DNA of 64,000 bases from Pseudomonadales bacterium (GTDB lineage Bacteria; Pseudomonadota; Gammaproteobacteria; Pseudomonadales; Azotimanducaceae). Below are positions 1 through 14,252 of the stretch, in pieces (the stretch's first letter is position 1; every line of letters begins with the position of its first letter). The notes below the pieces were generated by a model. The model was not told where the DNA came from. It saw nothing but the letters and a program-made list of their open reading frames with translations, and ran no database searches. A program made the position numbers and the translations under genes. The stretch spans positions 84,577-148,576 of the forward strand of contig JAYPYV010000001.1 in NCBI GenBank assembly GCA_038136035.1, given 5' to 3'.

Positions 1-834
1 GACCGGCATCCACATCTTAAAGTAGCGTACATGTACTCACAGCGCTTCATGGAGGATATGGTGAGAGCGATCGAACGGGGGAGTATGGGTGATTTCACGC
101 AATACTACCGTTCAGTTGATGTGTTGCTGATGGATGACATCCAGTTCTTAGCCAAAGGCTCGAAGTCTCAAGAAGAATTTTTTCACGTATTTAATCGCCT
201 CCAAGAAGATGGGCGACAAATTGTGCTCACGTGTGATCGTTATCCTAAGGAGGTTCAAGGTCTTGAAGAGCGACTAGAAAGCCGATTTGTATGGGGAATG
301 ACCGCTGCGGTTGAGCCACCAGAACTCGAAACCAGAGTTGCGATCCTCCTGAAGAAAGCCGAGCAAGAGGGTTTAGCGTTGATTCCAGATGTGGCGTTCT
401 TTATCGCCGAACGCGTCCGCTCGAACGTGAGGGAGTTAGAAGGTGCGCTCAGGCGGGTGATGGCTAACGCTCGCTTTACGGGTAAAGACGTCACGATCGA
501 GCAAGCAAAGCATGCTTTGAGAGATTTGATCGCGATTCAAGCGAGACAAATCAGTCTCGAAAACATCCAAAAATCAGTGGCAGATTACTTTAAAATCAGA
601 ATGAGTGATTTGTTAAGCAAGAAGCGAAACCGATCCCTGGCACGTCCTAGGCAAATCGCCATGGCGTTATCTAAGGAGCTCACAAACCATAGTTTGCCGG
701 AGATTGGTGACGCCTACGGCGGGAGAGATCACACCACAGTGCTTCATGCGTGCCGCAAAATCAGTGAATTAAGGGAGCTTAACCCTGATGTTCGTGATGA
801 TTACAGGAACCTCAGAAGACTGTTAACCAGTTGA
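1..834 (+). CDS. dnaA: Chromosomal replication initiator DnaA, C-terminal ~277 aa (the 5' end lies upstream of the window)
   Basis: Frame 1 is open from nt 1. The translation matches DnaA AAA+ domain III and DNA-binding domain IV ([59 protein letters not shown]). It is followed by dnaN-recF-gyrB. Confidence 0.97.
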   Translation, partial: DRHPHLKVAYMYSQRFMEDMVRAIERGSMGDFTQYYRSVDVLLMDDIQFLAKGSKSQEEFFHVFNRLQEDGRQIVLTCDRYPKEVQGLEERLESRFVWGMTAAVEPPELETRVAILLKKAEQEGLALIPDVAFFIAERVRSNVRELEGALRRVMANARFTGKDVTIEQAKHALRDLIAIQARQISLENIQKSVADYFKIRMSDLLSKKRNRSLARPRQIAMALSKELTNHSLPEIGDAYGGRDHTTVLHACRKISELRELNPDVRDDYRNLRRLLTS

Positions 835-877
835 TTCCTAACATATTAAGTTCAGATGCCGATGGGTTAGACATGAC

Positions 878-1987
878 ATGAAGTTTGAGCTAGCGAAGTC
901 AACATTTATCGAACCACTCCAGCGAGTGGTCAATATCATAGAGAAGCGCCAGACGTTGCCGATTCTGTCCCATGTGCTGATTCAGTGCAGCGAGTCGGGT
1001 CTGGTTTGCGTCGGTACGGATCAAGAAATTGAGCTGTCTGCTCGTATTTCGGCCGACCAGTTGAGTGTTAGCAGGGTGGGCGCGGTGACTGTGCCAGGCA
1101 GAAAATTGCTGGATATCGTTCGCCATCTGCCACAAGAAGCAAGCATCACCTGCGAGGCTGATGGCGATCGATTCATCATGCGAAGTCAGCGGTTTGAGTC
1201 TCAGTTAGCCACGTTGCCGGCGAACGAATTCCCATGGATTGACTTAGCAGTGATTGCCGAGGAAGGGATTAAGGTGAGCAGTGCGGGTTTGAAAAATCTC
1301 TTATCGCGCACGATGTTCGCAATGGCTCAGCAGGACGTTCGCTACTTTTTTAATGGCATGTTGTTTGAGTTCGAGTCTAAGCTACTTCGTTGCGTGGCAA
1401 CCAATGGCCAGCGATTAGCTATTGCCGAGCAAGCATTAAACGAAGAGCCAGTGTTATCGAGACCGATTTTGCCAAGAAAGGGTGTGGTTGAGTTGGCGCG
1501 GTTGCTTGATGGCGCTGGAGATGATGTGCTGCTTCAGTTCACACCGCAGCATGTGCAGGTAGAGATAGGTGTTGATCGATTTGTCAGCAAGTTAATTGAT
1601 GCTGAGTATCCTGACTACTCTAAGGCGATTCCCCAGAGCGGTGATCGGTTTTTTAGCTGCTCTCGGTCCGCGCTGAAGGACGCGCTTGTTAGAACCGCTG
1701 TTCTTTCAAATGAGGTCTATAAAAATGTCCGTTTATCGCTTTCATCTGGTCAGTTGGAGATTTTCACCAATAATCCTCAGCAAGAGCAGGCAATTGAGCA
1801 AATCACGGTTGACTATGCCAGTGAGCCCTTAGAAATCGGTTTTAACATTCATTTCTTGATTGAAGCGTTGTCCGTGATGTCTGGGGACGAGGTACGAGTC
1901 GAACTGTCTAGTCCCAGTAGCCCCTGCTTGTTGCGAGATTCGCAAGACCCTACGGCCCAGTACGTTATAAGTCCAATGGTGCTTTAA
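878..1987 (+). CDS. DNA polymerase III beta sliding clamp paralogue (divergent upstream copy, 369 aa)
   Basis: Full-length DnaN-like ORF with the blocks MAQQDVRYFFNGMLFE, PRKGVVEL, KLIDAEYPDY, LSNE, NNPQQEQ, LEIGFN and a YVISPMVL C-terminus. It is clearly more divergent from E. coli DnaN (from memory) than the next ORF. There is no obvious SD upstream of the ATG. Confidence 0.85.
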   Translation: MKFELAKSTFIEPLQRVVNIIEKRQTLPILSHVLIQCSESGLVCVGTDQEIELSARISADQLSVSRVGAVTVPGRKLLDIVRHLPQEASITCEADGDRFIMRSQRFESQLATLPANEFPWIDLAVIAEEGIKVSSAGLKNLLSRTMFAMAQQDVRYFFNGMLFEFESKLLRCVATNGQRLAIAEQALNEEPVLSRPILPRKGVVELARLLDGAGDDVLLQFTPQHVQVEIGVDRFVSKLIDAEYPDYSKAIPQSGDRFFSCSRSALKDALVRTAVLSNEVYKNVRLSLSSGQLEIFTNNPQQEQAIEQITVDYASEPLEIGFNIHFLIEALSVMSGDEVRVELSSPSSPCLLRDSQDPTAQYVISPMVL

Positions 1988-2019
1988 TAGTAAGCACTCA
2001 CTAACAAGAGGTTCCCATC

Positions 2020-3123
2020 GTGAAATTTTCAGTAAAGCGCGACAGTATTCTGAAGCCCCTGCAACAAGTGGGTGGTGTTGTCGAGCGAAGACAAACGCTC
2101 CCGATTCTGTCGAATGTGCTGCTGGTTTTAGAAGGTTCGAAGCTTGCCATCACGGGAACGGATTTAGAAGTCGAGATGGTGGCAAATGTGAATGTTGCCG
2201 CGGATCTGCCGGGCACTCTGACGGTACCTGCTCGGAAGTTGGTCGACATTATTCGAGAACTACCCGAGCAGGCAGAGATTGATTTCACCCAAAAGGGCGA
2301 GCGGTTGGAAATCAGATCGGGGCGATTTAAGTCGAATTTGTCGACGCTACCCTCAACTGATTTCCCAGCAGTCGAGGCAGACACCATGAGCGCACCGATT
2401 TCCGTGGGTGCCGAAACACTGAAATCCTTACTGGATCTCACGTCGTTTGCTATGGCCCAGCAAGATGTCCGCTATTTTTTAAACGGGATGTTGCTGGAGG
2501 AAGTTGAAGGTCAGTTGCGCTCAGTCGCAACAGATGGACACAGATTGGCAATGAATCAGATCACCATCGATTCGGATCGAGCGGATGGCTTGGGCCAAGT
2601 GATCGTTCCACGTAAAGGGGTTCTGGAGATTCAGCGCCTTTTGTCTGATAGCCCTGAGGTCGTCGAACTATCCGTGAGCGCAAGCCACTTGTGTCTGGCT
2701 TCAGGTCCGTTTGTGCTGACAACAAAGTTAGTTGATGGTCGATTTCCAGATTATCAGCGCGTCATTCCCAAAGACGGGGATAAGGTGATTCTTGCCGACA
2801 AGCTGGATTTTAAGCGAGCGCTCAACCGAACTGCGATCCTCTCGAATGAAAAATTCCGGGGTGTCAGAATCCAATTCAAATCAGGGTTGTTAGAGATATC
2901 GACCAATAATCCGGAGCAAGAAGACGCTGAGGAATCGTTGCCTGTTGATTACAGCGGTCCTGAGCTTGAAATCGGGTTTAACGTGGGCTACCTACAGGAT
3001 GTCCTCAACGTTGTGCGGGGTACGCAGGTCAAGTTGACCGTAAACGATGCGAACAGCAGCGCGCTGATTGAAGACCCTGAAGCAGACCAGGCTTTGTACG
3101 TCATTATGCCGATGAAGTTGTAA
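2020..3123 (+). CDS. dnaN: DNA polymerase III beta sliding clamp (canonical copy, 367 aa)
   Basis: GTG start with SD AAGAGG 8 nt upstream. It closely matches E. coli DnaN blocks (LKPLQQV, RQTLPILSNVLL, MAQQDVRYFLNGML, VATDGHRLA, KLVDGRFPDYQRVIPK, AILSNEKFRGVR, NNPEQEDAEE, YVIMPMKL). Confidence 0.96.
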   Translation: MKFSVKRDSILKPLQQVGGVVERRQTLPILSNVLLVLEGSKLAITGTDLEVEMVANVNVAADLPGTLTVPARKLVDIIRELPEQAEIDFTQKGERLEIRSGRFKSNLSTLPSTDFPAVEADTMSAPISVGAETLKSLLDLTSFAMAQQDVRYFLNGMLLEEVEGQLRSVATDGHRLAMNQITIDSDRADGLGQVIVPRKGVLEIQRLLSDSPEVVELSVSASHLCLASGPFVLTTKLVDGRFPDYQRVIPKDGDKVILADKLDFKRALNRTAILSNEKFRGVRIQFKSGLLEISTNNPEQEDAEESLPVDYSGPELEIGFNVGYLQDVLNVVRGTQVKLTVNDANSSALIEDPEADQALYVIMPMKL

Positions 3124-3279
3124 ACGGTGTGACCAAGGGTGCTCTGATAGCGTGATCAAATACCAAACCCGTGCCCCAAAGGAACTTAATGGTGTGGCGC
3201 GGTGGTCTAGCCCCCAACCCCGCGGATCCCTTAGCTTAGAGAGGGCCACCGCTAGCAAGGTTCGACTTCAGTGGGGCTA

Positions 3280-6769
<3,490 letters not shown>

Positions 6770-8826
6770 CTATTTGATTGGATCCAAGAGTGATAAGTCG
6801 GCAATTTGATTGATCGCATTCCGCAACGTCTTGAGGGATGCGAGTCGATTCGATCTCACCGCAAGATCATCTGCCATGACTAGGACATGTTCAAAGAAGC
6901 CTTCGATATCAGGTAGTCCTCCAGCAAGGACGTCCAAGCGATCCTTCAAAGTATCACCACGCATCGTTAACATCTTTTGAGCTAGCGAGACAACGTCTGA
7001 TTCAGCCCCATGCTGAAAGAGGGACGGATCAACGGCGTTGTCAGCCGCGACATCCGTTTTTTCAAGAATATTATTGATGCGCTTTTGGGCCTGAATAAGT
7101 GACGCCGCAGAGGGATCTGCTTTGAACGCCTGCAAGGTCGCCATGTCCTCGAAACTCTGACAGAGACAGAGTTGAGCGTCATCGCGACCAATAATGGCAC
7201 GGACAACATCACCCGGAACACCCTGATCCAGACACCATTGCTCAAAGCGATCGACCAAGTAAGTCTTTACGGCACCGGTTTCGAATCCTCGGTCATACAC
7301 GTGCGCCGCTTCGTCCACGAGATCGAACACGGGGCGGCGAATGCCTTTCTCGACACACAGTCGGACCACCGCAATGGCCTGCCGTCTGAGTGCGAAAGGA
7401 TCTTTACTGCCCGTCGGAGGCTGATTAACCCCAAACAGTCCGACCAGCGCATCCAGTCGGTCCGCAAGGGCGACGACACAACTCACATCTTTAGTCGGGA
7501 GCACATCCCCCGAGAAGCGGGGTTGATAGTGTTCTTTGATCGCAATTGAGATGTCAGCGGGCTCCCCAGAGGCAATGGCATAGTATTCGCCCATGATGCC
7601 CTGTAATTCAGGAAATTCTCCCACCATACCGGATATTAAGTCCGCTTTCGCCAGCCTGCCCGCTCTTTCCGAGAGCGCCTCATCGATGCTCAGTAATCGA
7701 GCAATGCGTTTGGACAATTCACCCAGTCGCTGCGCTTTTTCAAAATACGTCCCAAGGTCGGCTTGGTAAACAACGGCGTGTAACCGCTCTAGCCAGTCGG
7801 ATAGTGGCTGGGACAGATCTTTGTCGTAGAAAAATGCCGCGTCAGCAAGTCGAGGCGTAATGACTCGCTCGTTGCCTCGAATGATGACATCAGGGTCTTC
7901 ACTTTTGATGTTGGCAACTGTGATGAACCGGGGCAACAGCGCACCCGAAGCATCTCGTAGATGAAAGTATCGCTGGTGCTCACGCATGGCTGAAATTAAC
8001 GCTTCGCTGGGCACTCTGAGGAACCTTGGATCAAACGCGCCGGATAACACCACAGGCCACTCGGTGAGCGATGCGACTTCATCCAGCAGTGCGGGGTCTT
8101 CTTCGAGTATGCCTTCAAGTCGCGCAGCCTCTGCCTTGAGGTCCTCCCATATCATGACCCGACGCTGCTCGAGACTGGCTACAACGAAATGATCCTTAAG
8201 AAGCTGCTCGTATTCGCTCGGCGATTTGAGAGCAATATCACCCTCGCTCATGAATCGATGACCGCGAGACATGTTTGATGCCTCGCATCCGAAGAGCGAA
8301 ATGGGCACGACATTCTCGCCGATCAGAGCCACAACCCAGCGCACGGGGCGAACAAATTCAGCGCTGAGATTTTCCCAGCGCATGCGTTTTGCGATGGGTA
8401 AACTCGCAGTCACGGCCTCCAAAATAGTCTGAAGCCGATCGCTTAGGTACTGACCTGCAACCTGAGCCCGGTAAACGACCCAAGCGCCCTTATCGGTTTC
8501 GATCGTCTCGAACGCGGTATCTGGCTTGACACCACATGAACGGGCGAAGCCGGCCAGCGCCTTGGTGGCTTGACCCGACGCGTCATAGGCTGCACTGAGC
8601 GCAGGCCCTCGTCGCTCTATCGTCTGTTCAGCTTGCTTGATTTGGACGCGTTCCAGAAGCACCGCGAGCCGGCGAGGCGTTGCAAAGGTCGTCAAACCTT
8701 CAAAGGTAAATCCCTCTTGCTCTAAGGTTCGCGCGAAGGCGTCCCCAAATGCCTGCTCGAGCTGGCGCAGATTTTTTGGAGGGAGCTCTTCTGTGCCCAG
8801 CTCGATTAATAAGGGTGCGGAATCGC

Positions 8827-8830
<4 letters not shown>
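6770..8830 (-). CDS. glyS: Glycine--tRNA ligase beta subunit
   Basis: A 686 aa ORF with the typical GlyS N-terminus ([13 protein letters not shown]) and length. It overlaps glyQ by 4 nt. Confidence 0.96.
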
Positions 8831-9753
<923 letters not shown>

Positions 9754-9933
9754 GGGGACCCTCAATTTTTGAGCCGGCGATTATAGCTCATTCCGGCCCC
9801 ATCGCCTGACCAATGGAGGCAAGCCAGGGTAACCATAACCGAGAGCCCAATCGTGACCAGCCTTATGCCCACATCGAGCGTGAACCTTGGTTAAACTACA
9901 CGCGCTCGCACGGTGTGCGGTGAGAATTACAAT

Positions 9934-10827
9934 ATGAAACAGCGACTGATCTTGGCACTCTTCCACGTTGCCAGCTGGCTCCCTCGACCCACGCTCCAAG
10001 TCATGGGGCATTTAGCCGGCTGGATGATGTGGCGTCTGGGTTCAGACGCTCGTCGGGTGACTGAGATCAACCTTTCTTTGTGTTACCCCGATTTGACGCA
10101 GCACGAGCGAGATTCGCTTTGCCGAGATAGTTTAATTGCCACAGCAATGACCGCATGCGAGACACCCAAAGTTTGGTTGGGCGACCGAGCGTCGTTAGCC
10201 CAGTGGGTGCATTCAACGCATGGACTGGAGATATTTCAATCTTTGTGTCGTCAGTCGCAAGGGGTCCTATTGATGGTGCCCCACATTGGGAATTGGGAGC
10301 TGTTTAATGCCTACCATGCGGCTCAGGGGCAGAAGCTCACGGCATTGTTCAGGCCGCCAAGACAAGCGGCAATGGCCGCCATTATTCATCACTTGCGCGT
10401 TCAATTTGGCAACGACATGGTCCCCACAACGCCGCGAGGCATCGTCCAGTTGTTCAAGCGTCTGGAGAAAGGAGAGACCGTCGCGGTCTTGCCAGATCAA
10501 GTCCCAGACAGTGGTCTCTTTGCCCCTTTCTTTGGACGACCCGCCTTTACCGACCGGTTGGCGCATCGATTAGTCCAAAAATCCGGCGCAAAGGTTGTTC
10601 TCATGGGGCTATTAAGGCGGGCAGATGGACGCTTCGACTTGCATTTGGTGCCCTTTGACGGTCTCAATAATCCGGATGAGGTCGCAGCGATAGCGGATCT
10701 CAATTCGGCGATTGAGGCGTTAATTGCCAAAGCGCCGGCTCAGTATCAGTGGGAGTACAAACGATTTAAGCGCCAGCCAGAGGGGCTAAGCGACCCCTAC
10801 CTGAAAGGGCGATCTTTGCCCCACTAA
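9934..10827 (+). CDS. Lipid A biosynthesis (lauroyl/myristoyl) acyltransferase, LpxL/HtrB family
   Basis: HX4E acyltransferase motif PHIGNWELF and an LPDQ motif. It is divergent from glyQ, as in Pseudomonas. ATG at 9934 is preferred over GTG at 9913. Confidence 0.85.
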   Translation: MKQRLILALFHVASWLPRPTLQVMGHLAGWMMWRLGSDARRVTEINLSLCYPDLTQHERDSLCRDSLIATAMTACETPKVWLGDRASLAQWVHSTHGLEIFQSLCRQSQGVLLMVPHIGNWELFNAYHAAQGQKLTALFRPPRQAAMAAIIHHLRVQFGNDMVPTTPRGIVQLFKRLEKGETVAVLPDQVPDSGLFAPFFGRPAFTDRLAHRLVQKSGAKVVLMGLLRRADGRFDLHLVPFDGLNNPDEVAAIADLNSAIEALIAKAPAQYQWEYKRFKRQPEGLSDPYLKGRSLPH

Positions 10828-11427
10828 AAGGCTGTGAAATTTTGGTAAGGCTTGACGTGTTCTTTCACCCTCAGGTGTCTCCAGGTGTAGAACGGGGTTG
10901 AGCGTCGGAAATAGATCGACCAGCTCTCCAGGTGCGAGTCTGAAATCTGAGCGGCTTGGCCCAGGGAGCGCTGCCCTTTCAGTCTCAGAGAGGCCAAAGG
11001 GCGTGAGAAAGGTCGAAAACACGAGCATTCCATTCGGTTTTAATGCCGCTGCGATCGAGTGGCACAGCGAGCGATCTAAGAAATGATGGACGTGGATCAC
11101 GTCAAAAGTCTGATGATCGAATGCAGATGGGTCGATATCGATCCGACGTGTACGGATCACCAGACCTAAACGACGACGCTCACTTTCTAGCCAAGCCATG
11201 GCGACGGACGATGCATCCCAAGCATCGACTTCGAGACCTTGTTGAGCGAGGAACAGGCTATCCCCGCCGAGACCTGAGGCCAGATCAAGCGCTCGACCCT
11301 GCTTGGGGAGATAAGACTGAGCGAGCACTAAGAAGGGATTGGGTGTTAAGTCTTCGAGAGCCAAGTGCGCATGGGTCAACCGGGACGTGTAAATTTCATC
11401 CCATTTTTCGGCGGCAGCCACGCTCAT
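10786..11427 (-). CDS. Class I SAM-dependent methyltransferase (TehB/TPMT-like)
   Basis: SAM-binding motif I LDLASGLGGDSLFLA and post-I DAWD. ATG at 11427 forms an ATGA overlap with the trkH stop. Confidence 0.75.
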   Translation of the reverse strand: MSVAAAEKWDEIYTSRLTHAHLALEDLTPNPFLVLAQSYLPKQGRALDLASGLGGDSLFLAQQGLEVDAWDASSVAMAWLESERRRLGLVIRTRRIDIDPSAFDHQTFDVIHVHHFLDRSLCHSIAAALKPNGMLVFSTFLTPFGLSETERAALPGPSRSDFRLAPGELVDLFPTLNPVLHLETPEGERTRQALPKFHSLLVGQRSPFQVGVA

Positions 11428-12869
11428 TTTCGCCAAAACATGCCGGTGAATAGCACCAACACAGTGAAGATCTCCAGGCGGCCAAGCACCATGCCAATAC
11501 TGAGCGCCACCTTTGCCGTATCTGGAATGTCGCCGTAATGCGCCGAGACGGCGCCAAGTCCCGGCCCGAGGTTATTGATCGAAGAACTCACTGCGGAAAA
11601 GGCCGTTTCAAAATCCAAGCCCGTTGCCAAGAGGGTCATAAGCAAGAGGAAAAAGATGAAGGCATAGATCGCCAAGAATCCCCAGACGGCCTGGATGACA
11701 TTCTCGGTCATGATGCGCTGACCAAACTTGACCGGAAATACGGCTTGGGGATGGATCAGGCGATAGATTTCTCTGAGCCCTTGTTTGTAGACCAGCAAAA
11801 CCCGGATCACTTTAAGTCCGCCGCCGGTCGAACCGGCGCACGCGCCGATGAATGCACCAAACAAGAGAACGTAAGGGGCGACCCCGGGCCAGTCGACGAA
11901 TGATGTGGTGGCAAAGCCTGTGGTCGTAAACATTGAGACCACTTGGAATAACGACAACCGGAAGGATTCACTGCCACTCAGCCCCTCGGCGGTGAGGACC
12001 AGCGTGACCAACACAACAGCTGACGCCATGATGATCAAGAGGGCCCGCACCTCTTCATCTCGCCAATAAGCTTTGAGCGATCGATCCCGAAACCCAAAAT
12101 AGTGAAGGGCAAAGTTGAATGCCGATAGCACCATGAAGACCACCGCGACGGACTCAACGGCAGGCGAATCGAAATAACCGAGGCTGGCATCGTGTGTTGA
12201 GAAACCGCCAATGGCAACTGTGCTGAAGCTGTGACACAGCGCGTCGAAAAAGGTCATCCCTGCAGCCCAGTATCCGAGTAGGCAGGCTAAGGTCAGAGAG
12301 AGATAGATAGACCAGAGCGCGAGCGCAGTTTGCTTGATTCTCGGAGTCAGCTTACTGTCTTTGACTGGGCCGGGGGCTTCCGTTCTATAAAGTTGCATGC
12401 CACCAACGCCGAGCATAGGCAATATCGCGACTGCTAAAACGATGATGCCCATGCCTCCTAGCCATTGAAGCTGCTGCCGGTAGTACAGGAGCGATTCAGG
12501 GAGTGCGTCCAGCCCGGTGATGACGGTGGCCCCGGTGGTCGTTAATCCAGAGAAAGATTCGAACCAAGCATCGACCCAGGTTAGCCCGAGGACAGGGCTC
12601 AAAACGAAGGGCAGCGCGCTAAAGGCGCCCAGTGCGAAGTAACATAGTGCCGTGACAAGGAAGCCATCTTTTGTTCTGAGCTCATTGGCGAAGCGCCTGA
12701 ATCCCACCATCAGCACCGCACCGAAAAGGAAGATGGTCAGGCCAGCCTCCAGGAAGGTCAGGAGCAGACCGTCTTGGTAGATCACTGATACCAGGGCAGG
12801 CGGAATCAGCGTGGCACTGAAGAAAACCAGGAGCGTACCTAGAATTCGGAGTGTGACGCCAAGACGCAT
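11424..12869 (-). CDS. trkH: Trk system potassium uptake protein TrkH
   Basis: A 481 aa polytopic membrane protein with repeated TrkH pore-loop motifs (TTTGF, GGFST). It lies immediately downstream of trkA. Confidence 0.93.
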   Translation of the reverse strand: MRLGVTLRILGTLLVFFSATLIPPALVSVIYQDGLLLTFLEAGLTIFLFGAVLMVGFRRFANELRTKDGFLVTALCYFALGAFSALPFVLSPVLGLTWVDAWFESFSGLTTTGATVITGLDALPESLLYYRQQLQWLGGMGIIVLAVAILPMLGVGGMQLYRTEAPGPVKDSKLTPRIKQTALALWSIYLSLTLACLLGYWAAGMTFFDALCHSFSTVAIGGFSTHDASLGYFDSPAVESVAVVFMVLSAFNFALHYFGFRDRSLKAYWRDEEVRALLIIMASAVVLVTLVLTAEGLSGSESFRLSLFQVVSMFTTTGFATTSFVDWPGVAPYVLLFGAFIGACAGSTGGGLKVIRVLLVYKQGLREIYRLIHPQAVFPVKFGQRIMTENVIQAVWGFLAIYAFIFFLLLMTLLATGLDFETAFSAVSSSINNLGPGLGAVSAHYGDIPDTAKVALSIGMVLGRLEIFTVLVLFTGMFWRK

Positions 12870-12872
12870 GGG

Positions 12873-14246
12873 CTAGAAAAAACTGACCGGGGCTTGGAAC
12901 AAAGCCTCAACGTCTTTGATCCGGGTTTTATCGACCAAAAACAAAACGAAATGGTCGTCAGGCTCAACCACGATATTGTCATGCGCAATCATCACTTCGT
13001 CTTTGCGGATTAATGCACCGACATTGGTGCCGGAGGGGAGATTCAACTCGCCTAAGCTCTTGCCAATCACCTTAGAGGATTGATGATCTCCATGCGCGAT
13101 CGCTTCAATCGCTTCGGCTGCACCACGTCGCAACGAATGGACTCTGACAACATCTCCACGCCGAATATGAGTCAGAATGGCTCCGAGCGTGGCGAGCTGG
13201 GGGGAGATTGCGATGTCGATATCTTGACCCTCGATCAGATCCACATAAGCCGGATTGTTAATCAAGGTGATGACACGTCTGGCGCCCAAGCTTTTGGCAA
13301 GCATAGACGACATGATATTGGCCTCATCGTCATTGGTGATGGCGCAAAAAACATCGGTGTCCTCGATGCTTTCTTCAATGAGCAGCTCCCTGTTAGAGGC
13401 GTTCCCATTTAGAACGATGGAGCGTTCGAGTGTTTCCGACAAGTTGAAGCAGCGATTACGGTCTTGTTCAATCACCCGGACGCCGTAACGATGCTCCAAC
13501 TGTCTCGCTAAATTTTCACCAATGTGACCGCCGCCTGCGATGACCACACGTTTGTTCGGTCTTTCGCTTTTGCGAAGCGCGCTCATAAGGTGCGGAATAT
13601 CGGCCGCTGCAGCAATGAGAAACACCTCGTCCCGAGCTTCTAGTACGGTTTTGCCCTCGGGAATCATCGGTCGATCACGCCTGAAAATGGCCGCAACACG
13701 TGCGTCGACCCCATCGGCAATTGAGCGCAGCGCGCTGACCTCTTGGTTGACCAGCGGGCTGTCAAGCTCGATGCGAAGACCCACCAATTTCACTTGGCCG
13801 CCAGCGAAATCCATAACCTGCAGTGCGCCAGGGTTATCGATCAGCCGCTTAATATCGTGTGTGACGATTTCCTCAGGGTTGACGATATGGTCAACGGGCA
13901 TGGCGTCGTCTCTGAAGATGCCACCGCCTGCGAGGTACTCGCGGCTTCGGACCCTGGCGATTTTCGTCGGCGTATGGAACACGCTGTAAGCAACCTGGCA
14001 CGCGACCATGTTGACTTCATCGGAATTTGTGACCGCGATTAACATGTCCGCGTCTTCAGCCCCTGCTTGCCTCAAAACTGAGGGGTGGGAGGCTCTACCG
14101 CAAATGGTTCGTATATCGTAGCGATCCTGTAACTCTCTCAGTCGCTCGGCATCGGTATCCACTAACGTGATGTCGCTTGCCTCTTTGACCAGATTTTGAG
14201 CCAAACTGCCGCCAACTTGCCCAGCACCAAGAATAATAATCTTCAT
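12873..14246 (-). CDS. trkA: Trk system potassium uptake protein TrkA (tandem RCK/NAD-binding domains)
   Basis: N-terminal MKIIILGAGQVGGSLA Rossmann motif and a second VIAGGGHIGENLA. Length is 457 aa. Confidence 0.96.
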   Translation of the reverse strand: MKIIILGAGQVGGSLAQNLVKEASDITLVDTDAERLRELQDRYDIRTICGRASHPSVLRQAGAEDADMLIAVTNSDEVNMVACQVAYSVFHTPTKIARVRSREYLAGGGIFRDDAMPVDHIVNPEEIVTHDIKRLIDNPGALQVMDFAGGQVKLVGLRIELDSPLVNQEVSALRSIADGVDARVAAIFRRDRPMIPEGKTVLEARDEVFLIAAAADIPHLMSALRKSERPNKRVVIAGGGHIGENLARQLEHRYGVRVIEQDRNRCFNLSETLERSIVLNGNASNRELLIEESIEDTDVFCAITNDDEANIMSSMLAKSLGARRVITLINNPAYVDLIEGQDIDIAISPQLATLGAILTHIRRGDVVRVHSLRRGAAEAIEAIAHGDHQSSKVIGKSLGELNLPSGTNVGALIRKDEVMIAHDNIVVEPDDHFVLFLVDKTRIKDVEALFQAPVSFF

Positions 14247-14252
14247 TCAGGC

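Noticed and set aside
2001-2441. A 146-aa ORF antisense to dnaN copy 2. Similar long antisense or alternate-frame ORFs occur at 6074-6556, 7172-7549, 9384-9809, 11043-11453, 13540-13989, 20186-20656, 23580-23990, 25089-25583, 30390-30887, 37568-38026 and 42206-42595.
   Set aside because: Each lies entirely inside, or opposite to, a confidently identified conserved gene. They have Arg/Ser/Pro-rich compositions typical of shadow frames in moderately GC-rich DNA, and they lack SD sequences and recognisable motifs.
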